Positions 12,069 through 23,245 of a DNA stretch of 29,292 bases are shown piece by piece. Origin of the DNA: Vicugna vicugna. Lineage: Eukaryota. The stretch is taken from contig MU058451.1 in the NCBI GenBank assembly GCA_013265495.1, positions 727,023 to 756,314 on the forward strand, given 5' to 3'. The notes under the pieces were generated by a model. The model saw only the letters and a list, made by a program, of their open reading frames with translations. It made no database searches and was not told the DNA's origin. The position numbers and the translations under genes were made by a program. Each line of letters starts with the position of its first letter. The stretch's first letter is position 1.

Positions 12069-12299
12069 TGTGCCTTTCAGGCAAATACTTACTATATATT
12101 CCATATGCCTGTGCAATTTCTCTTTTGTGCAGTTGAAAATACTTTTTAATAATGGTTTTTAAAATAATGGTTCTAATTCCCTCGTTCGTGTATGTCTACC
12201 TGCTTAAAATAGATTTTGACCTCAAATTCTATGGCTATTAAATGTTACGCATATGCACATGCCAGATATAATGATTGTATGGCTTTTACTAGTGAAGGT

Positions 12300-12500
12300 C
12301 ACTATGGCATCATTTGGTGATTTAATGCTGTACTTAGTTCAGATTTCAGCTCTGGGACATCTTACCTGTGAAACTTTGGGCAAATGACTGCAGTGTCCTC
12401 ATCTGACAGCACTGAGGATCATTAGAGTGTTGTGAGAACCAAATGAGGCAGGACTTGGCATATAGTAAATTCTTCTATATTAGATGTTATTAAGATTATC
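12300..12500 (+). mobile_element. MIR SINE
   Basis: 'ttcagatttcagctctg...ctgtgaaactttgggcaaatgact-gcagtgtcctcatctg...gtgttgtgagaaccaaatgag...ttggcatatagtaaat' matches MIR. Confidence 0.75.
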
Positions 12501-13131
12501 TTGAATTGAGGATATTTACATAAGTGCTTGCTCCAAATAAGATAATTGTAAGATAAGTGATATCCTTGAGTGGCAGTTGAATTGCTTTCATAATTTACTT
12601 TTCTGATCTGAGTAAAAATGTTGTGGATTTTATGTTTCAAGATAAAAACAGATATTAGAAAATGTTTGAAAAATTAAATTATGTAATCAATTCACATTTC
12701 TAATTGATTTTTTTTTCTCACAACTCTGGACGTTAGGTCTTATCTTAAGTTGTCTTTTAAGTAGTAAATATATAGTATGTATTTGCTTCCTTTGATGTGT
12801 ATAATTCCCTAGTGTGTGGTCTGTTCTCACCACTACACTGTCTTTTCCAAAGATGACAACACCTCCCATCCCACACGTGTCCTTTCATCATCTGAAAACA
12901 CTACTGGGGTTACTACAACTCTGAGATGCTAAATCATGCTTTAGGCTTGCCAGGAATCCTTTAGCTATCAAATGTTTATCAGCCTTTAGGAGGAAAGTAC
13001 TTCCTTATTACATAAAATCACTCATTACATGGTTGGGTGGTTTCTTTTATTTGAGTGGTTTCTGACAGCTGCAGGAAGGAAAAAAAAAGCCACACAGATT
13101 TGAAGGACCTCAAATATAATACACAGTATAG

Positions 13132-13298
13132 TAGAGATTCCTAACTTTACTCAAGTATAAGTATTTGCTAAAAATACAACTATCCAGGCCCCTTCCTTGA
13201 AGATTCTGAGCCAGTAGTTCTGGGGTGGGGTCCTAAATCTGTATTTTTAACAAGTGTGTCAGATGATTCTTCTGATCTGGCCAGCTTGGAAAACACTG
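13132..13298. mobile_element. MER5A1/MER5-like hAT-Charlie MITE
   Basis: 'gattctgagccagtagttctggggtggggtcctaaatctgtatttttaacaag...gatgattctt...ttggaaaacactg'. Internal inverted repeat TAAAAATACA (13169-13178) / TGTATTTTTA (13240-13249), and a CACTG terminus. Confidence 0.85.
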
Positions 13299-13431
13299 CA
13301 TGTAGAAACCTATGAGAGTACAGGAGCAACCTTAAGGAAACATTTCTTTATTTTCCTCCCATTTTAGAAATATCAGTAAGCAAAGAGAAAGAGTAGTAAA
13401 ATAACCTATAATATTATTTCTCAGAATTATT

Positions 13432-13495
13432 ATGGCTGTTAACAAGTATTACAAGTGGGGGCTCCGGAACCAGACTGTTGGGTTCTAATACTGGG
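13432..13495 (+). mobile_element. MIR 5' fragment
   Basis: 'gggctccggaaccagactgttgggttctaatactgg' is a MIR head with a B-box-like region, truncated. Confidence 0.55.
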
Positions 13496-13797
13496 AGGTA
13501 GCCAAGTCATGGAGAAGCTGCATGTAGGTGTTCTGGTTGCCAGCCCAAGTCTTTGATTCATCCCAGCCAAGATATGTCAGTGAAGGAGCCTAGAGGTGAT
13601 TCCAGCCTCCTGCTGTCATCTTTAGCTATCAAGTCTTCCAGCTGAGGTCCCAGACATCATGGAGAAGAGATAAACCATTCCTGCATGCCCTGTCGAAATT
13701 CCTAAGTCACACAATCTGTAAGCATAGAGAAGATGGTTGCTGTTTTAGGCCACAAAATTTTGGAGTCTTTTTTTATGTAACAATAGTCACTGGAACA
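13496..13797 (+). mobile_element. MaLR LTR 3' portion, MLT1G/MLT1H family
   Basis: 'agtcttccagctgaggtcccagacatcatggagaagagataaacc...gccctgtcgaaattcct...atggttgctgttttaggccac...ttttgg...caatagtcactggaaca' ends in the LTR terminal CA. The AATAAA position is degenerate (catagagaag). Confidence 0.85.
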
Positions 13798-13814
13798 TAT
13801 ATCTTTCCAAATCC

Positions 13815-13898
13815 ACGAATGTAGTAACCATATGTCTCATTCATGACTTAATCTTCGTCACCTAGCATATAATAGCCCTCAAACATTCGTTGAACAAT
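13815..13898 (+). mobile_element. L2 3' end relic
   Basis: 'accatatgtctcattcat...cacctagcatataatagccctcaaacattcgttgaacaatg' is an L2 terminus pattern. Confidence 0.6.
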
Positions 13899-13899
13899 G

Positions 13900-14025
13900 T
13901 ATTATGTTTTAAACAAGTCTTCATTGTCAGGAAACTAGATAGTTTTCCGTTATTCTCTGTGATTCCACTTAAGCCTTGGAGTAAAGACCTGGATGTGGAA
14001 ATGCTGAGTCATAGAGTACGGTAAA
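13900..14025 (-). mobile_element. Old L1 (L1M/L1ME) 3'UTR fragment; may continue at ~13360-13430
   Basis: 'ccttggagtaaagacctggatgtggaaatgctgagtcatagagta' resembles the antisense L1M motif (ccttaggataaattcctagaagtggaattgctgggtcaaagggta). Confidence 0.5.
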
Positions 14026-14984
14026 TGATCTTGATATGGAGATACTGAAACATTCAATTACTGTTATTGCCCACAAAGAATCATCCAGAGAGAGCCTGTC
14101 AAAGTTAAACCATTGGCACGTACCTTAAAAAACTAACATGTGCCAATTAAATGCACAGGACTGATTTATAAACCAGAATGATGACTTTTGAACACAATGC
14201 AATATATTACCTTAAAACAAGAGGTTTGCTAGCCTGGTGGTTCTTCACTTGATGTCAAGGATTCCAAGAAAGTTGTGAAAAGACGCCCATAGGCTATGCC
14301 AAATATTTCTGCAAACCTAATTTATCTTACATGTTCTTGAATTAAGGCAAGATGTTAACAAGCATGTTGAGTTTCATTTCCTTTGGCCAGACTTATGAGT
14401 CATCTCGTGTCGCTCAGGCATTCTGATGTTGAAATCATAGGAACGTTGAGGCGTAGTTGCTCTAGCCATATGCTATTAGCAGAGCCACATATCAGATAGT
14501 GTCTGAACTAAATGCATCTCATCCATCATTTCACCAACTCTGATAAGATACAGCGGAGGTAGCCAAAATTAAGGGCCCAATAGCAGTAAGCAGTGCTCAC
14601 ATGTCTAAATCCTTATTTAAATTATTTACTCATCATCATAGCCATATTAGTGATTTATATGATTTCATAATATTACTGTGAGTACTTGCTGATTTTGAAT
14701 CTTTAGGTAAGACTTAGATTTTGTAACAGAGCACACATTATGTAATATAACCTGTTTGGTCATCAAAAACCTTTCAAATCATGTAACCTATGTGGACAAA
14801 ATACTATAAAAGCATAGGGACAGAAGTTTGAAAAATACAGATGTGTTTACAGGGGTGCCACTGACAATTGCTCCAACACTGAAGAATAAATTAGGTTGTT
14901 TATAAGCACAAACTTATAACAAAGGGAAATGGATTACTTTTTTTCATGTCTAGGATAGTTAGGAACCCCCCCCCCATTCTCTGA

Positions 14985-15200
14985 AGAGTAAACATAATTG
15001 CAAAAACATTGGGATTTGGAGTCAGAGAACAACGGGGTTAAATTCTAAGCAGGTGATCCTGGACAGTTCCTGGACGTCTGTGCACCTCATCGGTAATGTT
15101 GGGATAATATTAACTCAGGGTTTTGTGAAGACTAAATGAGCTAGCATATGAAGATTCAGTCATAATGGATGGCACACTGGTGTTCAATAAATGTTAGTGG
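14985..15200 (+). mobile_element. MIR SINE (MIRb-like)
   Basis: 'gggatttggagtcagagaac...ggttaaattct...gggataata...agggttttgtgaagactaaatgag...tggcacactggtgttcaataaatgttag'. Confidence 0.8.
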
Positions 15201-15694
15201 AATTCAAATTCATCTTTCTGGATATCTGTCACTGACTTTCAGGATTGGGGCATCCTCTTCCTTGGATAGTAATGCAAACATAATAATTCTGGAGTTTTTT
15301 TCCAGCCACAAGATAATTCTTGCTTATGCTGATTTGTAATTTTCCCCAACTGTCAGGTGAGAGTACACTTTCTTTACATTAGTTGCATTACTGATAACCA
15401 AGTGGGCACCACATTTGAAACCATTTCATTGCATGAGTTACCAGAAAGATGATGAATGGTATCTGTTTTGTCTTATTTTAATGTCAGTTCTAGGAGGTGA
15501 CTTTTTCTGATTCTGTTTTTAATCTCTGAAATTGTATCTTATCTTTTGGTACTTGTAGATAGAAATCTTCAGGCATCCACAGTGCCCATGAATGAAATGT
15601 AGGCAAGTTAATATTGGAAGTCAACTTAGAATTCACTTGGTTTTGTTATTATTTCCATTGTATTGATTAAGAAATCAGAAAGTACAACTAAGTT

Positions 15695-15842
15695 AAAAGA
15701 ATCTAGGAAGCAGCAGAAGCAAACTAAGTAATCATCTAACAAAACTCTCATTTAATGCACTTGGGGGGGCTAGACGTTCACTGTGGTGAAGCACAGAGAC
15801 CAGCTCTTGGGAATCACATCTCCTAGTCCAGTGCTTTTCCCA
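15695..15842 (-). mobile_element. MIR3-like relic
   Basis: 'aatcatctaacaaaactctcattt...tctcctagtccagtgctttt' resembles antisense MIR3. Confidence 0.4.
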
Positions 15843-17558
15843 ACAATTCCCTGTGATTTTATAAGTCATGAATTTGATATTACCAAATTAATAACAAAAA
15901 TGTAGACCCTTAATTTCTAATTGAGCAAATGCCTCATACAAGGTTTGAATAAGGTCCTTATGAAAACATTGGTCAAGATTTAGAGAGTTCCTTTGCTATA
16001 AAAGGAATTATAAAATTAAATTGAAACATAAGGTGATTTTATAGTGACAAATCTTCAGGTGATTGCAACAATATTAGTGTCTTTTGTATACTTTTCATTT
16101 TGTCTTGAGTTTTAAATCCAAACAAAGTCACTGGAATAACAAAAGAATGAAGTAAGTCCCTGGATAGGTTTGAAGCTCAGTTTGATTCCTTATATGGTTA
16201 AATTGTATTAAAGCTCACATCTGTCTTTGGACAATAGAAACATAAAAATGTACATTAAATGCTGATAAAAGTTAGATTCATTCATTTTCTCAAATAAATA
16301 TTTGATATTGTTTTGCTTCATAGGCACTGAAAGCATATAGGTAGGTATTTAAATCTACAGAGTTTATATCTCTCTTCCTTTTCTTGGAAGTGAATTATTT
16401 TTAAAGATTTTTTTCCCTAAGCTCCCCTAACAAACTGCTATCAGATCAGAGCAACTTGCCAATCAACCTTTGTCAATTCAGTAACAAGCGCAGACTGGAC
16501 TATATACACTTATGGCTGAGACCACACCATGGGTTCAAATCAACTGCTTTCTTTAATCATCTCATATTTGTTATTCTGTCTTTTGGTTGTAGAAACTTAA
16601 AAAAACGAGAGTAACTTAGATTGTTTTACTCCAGCAGTTCTCGTGAATAATTTTCCTAGCTCCCTTCCTTTTTAATAAGAATTTTTTGGACAAGAATTTT
16701 AACAACTGTAACTCTGAAAAGGGCAGAGGTAGAAGTGAGAATTTTACAAAGGTGATTAGACACAGTTACATATTTATTCTTTGCCATAAAGGAACTAGAA
16801 AAGATAAAAGAAAAAGTAGGTTATTTGCTAAAAAATGTTTGTCAGTAGAATAGTGCCCAAGAGCTGTCTGTAATATTGGAAATATTGCTTGACTGTTTTC
16901 AATCTGTTCCAAGCCTTCTTAGGTTGACCCCACCCCACTCCCTGCCACCTCCAAGTCAGGTTACCTATGATGTTTGTTGTTTGTTAATTGCCTGGGAGTG
17001 GGGAAGGGGATTGTGAAGAGGGAAAGGAATAGAAATAAAAGTGCTTTCTTTGCAAAATAGGGAGCGTCCGTTCAACTTTTCCCATTTTACATATCTGAAA
17101 GGAAATAAGTCAGAAGACCATAGTGAGTGATCTCAAGAGTTTGAAAAGGAATCACTGATTATTTCTAATAGAAAAATCCCTATATCTTTTAAATCCTCTG
17201 GTAATTGTTTCTTTAGGTGTCCAGGTGTAGGAAGTGAGAATTATTGTCTAGCATCTATTATCCCAAGATAGCAAAGAAAGCTTAACCATCATGTGTTCCT
17301 CCTGCTTAAGCCTAAAGTATGTCTACATGATGATGGCAATATGGGAAGAAGTCAGCAACAAGTCTTTTTGAAAAAAAAATTTTTTTTTTGCAATATTGTG
17401 TCAAATATCCAGTTGGATTTTCTTCAGGCTGGTTATTTGACTGCTGCAGGGTGGAAGGGAGGGGAGAGAGGGAGGGAAGGAGGGAGTGCTGCTGGGAGGT
17501 TCAGGTTATTTCATCTCGCTCTGGTGCAACATGTGGGGGTCAAGGCTCATTGACTCCG

Positions 17559-17639
17559 TATAGCTGAACCATATGAAACTACTGTTTTTATTGGTCAGAA
17601 TGGTTGCATATCAGCGAATTCATATGCTGTAACTTATTA
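17559..17639. mobile_element. MADE2-like Tc1/mariner MITE (~80 bp)
   Basis: 'ta tagctgaaccatatgaaactactgtttttattggtcagaatggttgcatatcagcgaattcatatgctgtaacttat ta' has imperfect TIRs sharing CATATGAA/TTCATATG and TA at both ends. It matches the recalled MADE2 consensus (ttaggttgaaccatatgaaattgc...). Confidence 0.75.
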
Positions 17640-17659
17640 GATAATAGTGAACACCTATG

Positions 17660-17715
17660 CTTTCATTATTCATTAATTTAACAAGTATTTATTGGATCCC
17701 ACCTTATATAAGAGG
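17660..17715 (-). mobile_element. L2 extreme 3' end relic
   Basis: 'ttcattattcattaatttaacaagtatttattgga' is an antisense L2 tail (attcattcaacaaatatttattgag). Confidence 0.5.
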
Positions 17716-17859
17716 ATGTAAAAAACCAACAGCTCTTCTAGAGCCCCTTGGCTTGAGACTTGCAAGCTCTTATTTCTTTTAAGACTGCTTAAGGAGTCAG
17801 AATTACTTAGTCTTTACATAAGAGTGATTAACTTGTACATATAATTTTCATCTTAACTT

Positions 17860-18092
17860 TCTCCTTAACATGAGAAAAATATTCCATGTTATAAAATTTT
17901 CATAACTCTATTTCAAGGGCTATAAAATACCCCTTTAAGTGGATAGTTTATTGGCCATTCCTGTATTTGGGGGACATTTAGGTAGTTGGCTTACTGTCTT
18001 TGTGCATGAAATGTTTTTCTGTTATTCAGGTTATTTCCCTAGGATAGAGTCCCCAAAGTGGAATTACTTGGTCAAAGGGTATGAACATACAA
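17860..18092 (-). mobile_element. Old L1 (L1ME/L1MC) 3'UTR fragment
   Basis: 'ggacatttaggtagtt...ttatttccctaggatagagtccccaaagtggaattacttggtcaaagggtatgaacat' is a diagnostic antisense L1M 3' motif. Confidence 0.8.
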
Positions 18093-19031
18093 AAATCTCT
18101 TGGTACACGTCAACTGGAAATAGCTGTATTTTTAATACTGCTTGAAATATGAAGTTTGACTCCTCATCAGTCCCAGGATATGTTAAAAACTGTTTAAAAT
18201 GACTTGCTTGCATGGTGGTCCAAAACCATATGCAATGACAATGTCACAGTCTGGATAAAGGAAGAGGTTTGGAGTTGCTGGTATCGAGAGAACCACTAGC
18301 TTTTCTCAAAGGGAATGGCCTCTGAATAAGCTGATACCAAGAAGAAAGACCAAATTCCCAATGCATGCACGATTTCTTAAAGTTCTGTTTGTAATTATTT
18401 TGCCTTCAGGAAATGAGGGAAAAGGAGACCAAGTTTAAGCCTACATTTGGGGACTTTTCTAAAGAATACATTACAATTTTCACTCCTTGGGAAAGAAGAA
18501 GTAAAAGACAGAGTAAGTGTAGGTTTAGATAGTGTGTTTTTGCTTAAAATATGTGATAAACCTGAGGGAATTTAGTATTGGGCGGTAATATCTATTAGAG
18601 CATATTTTAAAATTCCTGCATATTTACAGTAGTGTCTCTTGCTCAGTAAGATAAAGCAATTGGACTAATGCTAACTAGACTCTAACTTTTGAGTCTGAGG
18701 AGAAAATAAGCTACTGAGGAATAAGTGTCTACATGTGATATCATAGCATTTGGTGAGAGGGGACCTCGAGGAAAGAGAATGGGACGACTGCCGGGTCAAG
18801 GTGTGGCTGCTGTGTGTGTCGGCCATCTTGCTTGTTCAGATGATGCTCTGAGACCAGCTTACCCTAGAATCCAGATATAGGGCCCAGCCGTGGCTCACAT
18901 GGGATCATTAACATCCCATGGATCATAGCCATATCCAGAAAGGGAAAATGCTGGGACCATGAGAATATCCTGCTTTGGGGCCAGGGCAAAGCATCAGGGG
19001 GCAGGTCAGGGCCTCTCAGAGCCACTTCCAT

Positions 19032-19276
19032 GGGAGGCAGTAGAGCATAGTGGTTTGGAGCATGGATCCAGACAGCTTAGGTTAGAAACTGGGTGCCACT
19101 CCTTGCTAGCTGTGTGACCTCAGATGAGTTCTTAACCTCTCTGTGCTTTAGTTTACTCATCTGTAAGATGGGGCTTATAATAGCCCCTGCCTCAGGGTGG
19201 CTATGAAGATTAAGTGAGTTAATACACAGTAAGTGCTTAGAATGGTCCTGGGCATTAGTAAGTGCTATGTGTATTT
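19032..19276 (+). mobile_element. Near full-length MIR SINE
   Basis: 'gaggcagtagagcatagtggtt...ctagctgtgtgacctcagatgagttcttaacctctctgtgctttagtttactcatctgtaagatgggg...gaagattaagtgagttaatacac...agtgcttagaatgg...agtaagtgct'. Confidence 0.92.
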
Positions 19277-20489
19277 TTCCTCCCAGTAGATTAAAATAAA
19301 CATCTAAAGAGGGTTACAGAAAGATTTTGGTTCACTAGATGGGTATATTTAACAAATTCACCTTTTACACACACAGTATGGTGACTGTAGGACAACTTCA
19401 TCTGGGGATTAAGGCAAAAGTCTACATCCAGTGTGATGTGAGATGTGACAGATGGGCCTCCTGGTGCACCCCAGGCAAGGCCCTGGCGGTCAGGCCACTG
19501 CTTCCTTCCTTGATCACTATGCTGATTAATCAGCTGTCTTTTCCTTTTTAGAGAGTGCTTCCCTCAAGTGAAGCATTTGTTACGCTAGGGAGCAAATTTG
19601 GTATGGTGTCATTGCCTCCTCGACTTCCCCAGCTACCTCAGAGCAGCCATTTTGAGCAGAGAACATATCACTGAGGCTCCTGTGTTAGTGCCCCTGAGAT
19701 CTGGACAGCTTCATGTGTGGAACATTGCTCTCGGGACCAGGGAGAAAGTCAAATTGGGACATTCATGGAAAATTCATGGTTCTCCTGGTGCCCTGACACT
19801 GGGTGGTTGAATAGCAGGTCAGATGCTAGTCAGAGGAAATAGTGCAGAACAAGACAAAGGGTTTCTTTTGTCTCTATTCTGATCAGAGGAAACCGAAGAA
19901 TCTAAGACTTACAGGTCAGTACCAGCCATGCCACGCTTTGGAAGGCAATCTGGAGTAGCTATGCTTGAAAATGTCTAATTCTGAGTTAAATGTAGGAGAT
20001 ATTACAGATCCTTCATTGTAATTAGACATTTGAAAGGGCACTGTAGAACATTCATACCTGTCTACAAGATCTTTACTGAGGTCTAGAGGACCTCAAGTCA
20101 TGGTCAGACTTGCAAAAATCCTTGTGCATTATGAAGAGTGGTGCCTGAAATACAGACCAAGGAACCCTAGGCATTTTCGATTTTCCAAAGACCAGATATT
20201 ATAGAAAGGTGTGTTACTTCATTTCCAAAACACCATCTCACTTAAAGTTTCAACAAAGAATTGCTGTTGACTTTAGGTCACTTGTATGTGCCTGTAGTAA
20301 AATTAAGACCATTTGCTGCTTTGAACAATTCCATTTAGCTATTATGGAAGCTGTTTTCATGGCTCTTCTCCCTCTTAAATAATCATTTTTTCTTGTTTCT
20401 CAGTATCAGTGTCTCAAAATAAAGCATCTAATTATGAGATGCTCAAAGCATCTTTGATCTTTTGTTTTTCTTTAATATATACTGATATG

Positions 20490-20505
20490 TATATATATAT
20501 ATATA
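20490..20505. repeat. (TA)8 microsatellite
   Basis: Directly visible. Confidence 0.9.
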
Positions 20506-20879
20506 AAGTTTATAAACAACATTTATTTAAATTATGTTTTTTGACAGTAAAATGGGCTCTCATAGACCTGAAAGATAAAATTACTTCAAAAATGACTTAG
20601 ATTAAATGAAAATTTAACTGTCTGATTCCAGGGATGTTAGCTATGTGTGAAAATAAAGACTGCAACATGTGAATTCAAGTTCAAAGATTCATTAAAGTTC
20701 ATGGCAAATCTCATTGGGAGTGAGTCAAATTGGAAAATATTGTTAAAACTATAGCCGAATGTGTATTATACCTCTAGGGGTCACTTATTTGGAATTTTTT
20801 CTCATGCCATATACCTAGATTTTTATCTGTTCCAAGTGTGGTACTTAAGCTTACACGAAGCATGTTAAATCTCCTGCAA

Positions 20880-21600
20880 AGTGAATTTCTCCCTTGTCCC
20901 GGGGAGTGATTTCTCCCCTCACCTCACAGGTAGTTCTTTCAGCTGCTGAGATCACTCAGTTGGTGTGCTGCTTTGTGTCTGACAGGAGGGGTAACGAAAC
21001 AGCCTCGGAGATAAAAACTACTTGTTGAAGTTGCTGGGAAAGATTAAAGACAACCGGAGAATTTGCTGGAGCGGCATGAAAAATAAATTACCTGAGTGAG
21101 TAATGATTAATGAAGCCACTCTTAGGAACCAACTTAAACGGTTAGAGGGTGTTCTTAAATACTTCAAGGAGTGCTTCTCTTTTTTGGTTTGTGCACACAG
21201 GGACACATATTGTAACATTACTTAAAATGACTAATTTAGAAATAAAGGGTTTTTTAATTAGATGTTGAGAAATTGGAATATACTTTCTCACCACTGCATA
21301 TTTCTGACTTCATTCGTTATGTCTTGCCAACGGCCTTTTGAAGTATGACACTTCCATGGTAATAGAAAGAATAATCTAATGTATTATCAAGAATTATCCT
21401 TGAGGATAATTTAATAGTTAAAATAAATTGGCACATATTAACAGCTTTCCTCCGTGGATTATGTTATTCACACAAGTAAGTGCAATCAGCCTGTTTTATC
21501 AACTGATCAACAAAGCGTTTTTGTCACAGAAGAACGGGAGCAAAAACTCTGTAGGCTGGAAATATTCCAGCTTGAGCACATTCGTAGAATAACAGAATCC
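20880..21600. promoter_or_regulatory. Candidate conserved non-coding element / enhancer
   Basis: No recognisable repeat. AT-rich with homeodomain motifs (TAATGATTA 21101-21109, TGATTAAT 21104-21111, TTAATTAG, CTAATTT) and AACAAAG. Function is inferred. Confidence 0.4.
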
Positions 21601-23099
21601 CTGAGACAAAAGCCATAGATTAATATCATCACTTTAAATTTTGGTGAGGGTGAAGAGAACAGAAAATGGCTAAATTTAAGTGTATTGATTGGTGTACATA
21701 TACTTTCTAGATGGGGAGGGGGGAGCAAATAGAGTTTAGGAAAATAAAATACTTTTCCATTTCCAAACACTGTGTTTCATATTAAAGTAATTTATCAAGA
21801 AGCTGTAAGTTATAAATCTTGAGCTTATGACTACAGCAAGGGCCTCAGCTTGAACCCAAGCTACATACACCCTGAGATTCCAGCAGATCTGAAAGGCTTG
21901 TCATGTGCTTGTCTGGGGACTATTTGAAAAAAGTCCAAGAAGCCTCCTAAGAAGGGTGAGTCATCCTAAGGCAGAAGAAAGGTTGGAGAACCAAGCCAGT
22001 ATGAAGTGGGGCGGGGGCGGTTCTGCATGGGCGTCTCAGCTTTGTTTTCTGTGTGCCACGGTTTTTCCTGGGGATGATGCCAGATCCCAGTGGAGAAGAC
22101 TCACAGTGAAACCAGTAAGAGAGATTTTCCTCTTCTTTACTAAAATGTCTGAGATGCTAGGGAACATAACGCCGCACCACTTTTGGGAGCAAGTAGCAGA
22201 GTGTGGAGGAAGCGGGGGGCCTCCGTATGGAGCTGAGTGGGTTGCCTGCAGTGCGCAGCTGAGGGTAGGGGTTGGCGGGGCGTGATCACCTGCAGAATCA
22301 CAGGCAAGGGTCTCAGGAGAGGTATTCTCTCCATTTCAGCAGAGAGGCCTTGGGTAGGGGTGACATCAGGAATGCTTGAGTCTGCTACTACTTTGGCAAG
22401 ATGCAGCGTTGATGGAGGACATGCCTCGGGGCATGGCTGGCTTGGGAGGTTGGCATGGCTTTGGAGAGTTCATAGTCTCAAGCCCAGTAGGAGGCGTCAC
22501 TTCTCCCAGTAACAGGAGAAGCCGTAGGAGGAATGCTGAGTGGGAGCTGGGAGGAGTCCGGATTTCCAACCTACTGAAGCTGTCCAGCAGGGGCTCCCAG
22601 ACTGGTGGGGGAAGTCAGACTTGTGGGGAGAGAGTAAAACTAAAGGAGTAACAGTGTTTCGTGGCTTGTACTCTTACATGTACCCCTCCAAACTCATGTA
22701 GCTTCTGGAAAAGTGGGTGTTCTATACTATATTCATTATATATTTCTGAAAGTACAAACCAAGAACTCATCATTTGGTAACAAAGAATAGAATTGGCACT
22801 GTTTATTGAATGGCTATTAAGAGTTAGGAAATATCAATGTCCCCTTAAATGGAGGTGCGGATATCATCGTGAGGGTTCTTCTTGAAGGCCGAGGTGGTGG
22901 TGCAGGGACAGCTGAGATTCTCTAGGCAACCAAAGAGGCCCTTCTTTGTATGGATAGTATTTCAGACAGCTGTGTCCCTTCTGTTCACCCATTTCTGCTA
23001 TGTGTGGCCACCTCACTTCCACTTAGATTGCTTTCCAAATCGGAGACTTAACTAGCTCTCAGAGTTAGTGTGTGTCATTCCTTCCTTCTAATCTGTAAC

Positions 23100-23245
23100 C
23101 CTCTGGAATGATTCAGTGAGCATCATTATACCCATCTGATAGATGGCAAACCTGAGGTTCATAAGAGTCAAATAAATTGCTAAAGTGGGCAGAAAATAGA
23201 GGTAGAATCTTCATGCAAGCCCAGATCCATGTCTTCTTACAACCA
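23100..23245 (-). mobile_element. MIR SINE
   Basis: 'catcattatacccatctgatagatggcaaacctgaggttcataagagtcaaataaattgctaaag' is an antisense MIR core. Confidence 0.7.

Noticed and set aside
22581..22598. TGTCCAGCAGGGGCTCCC as a CTCF site
   Set aside because: It is one G short in the core, which shifts the downstream GC register.
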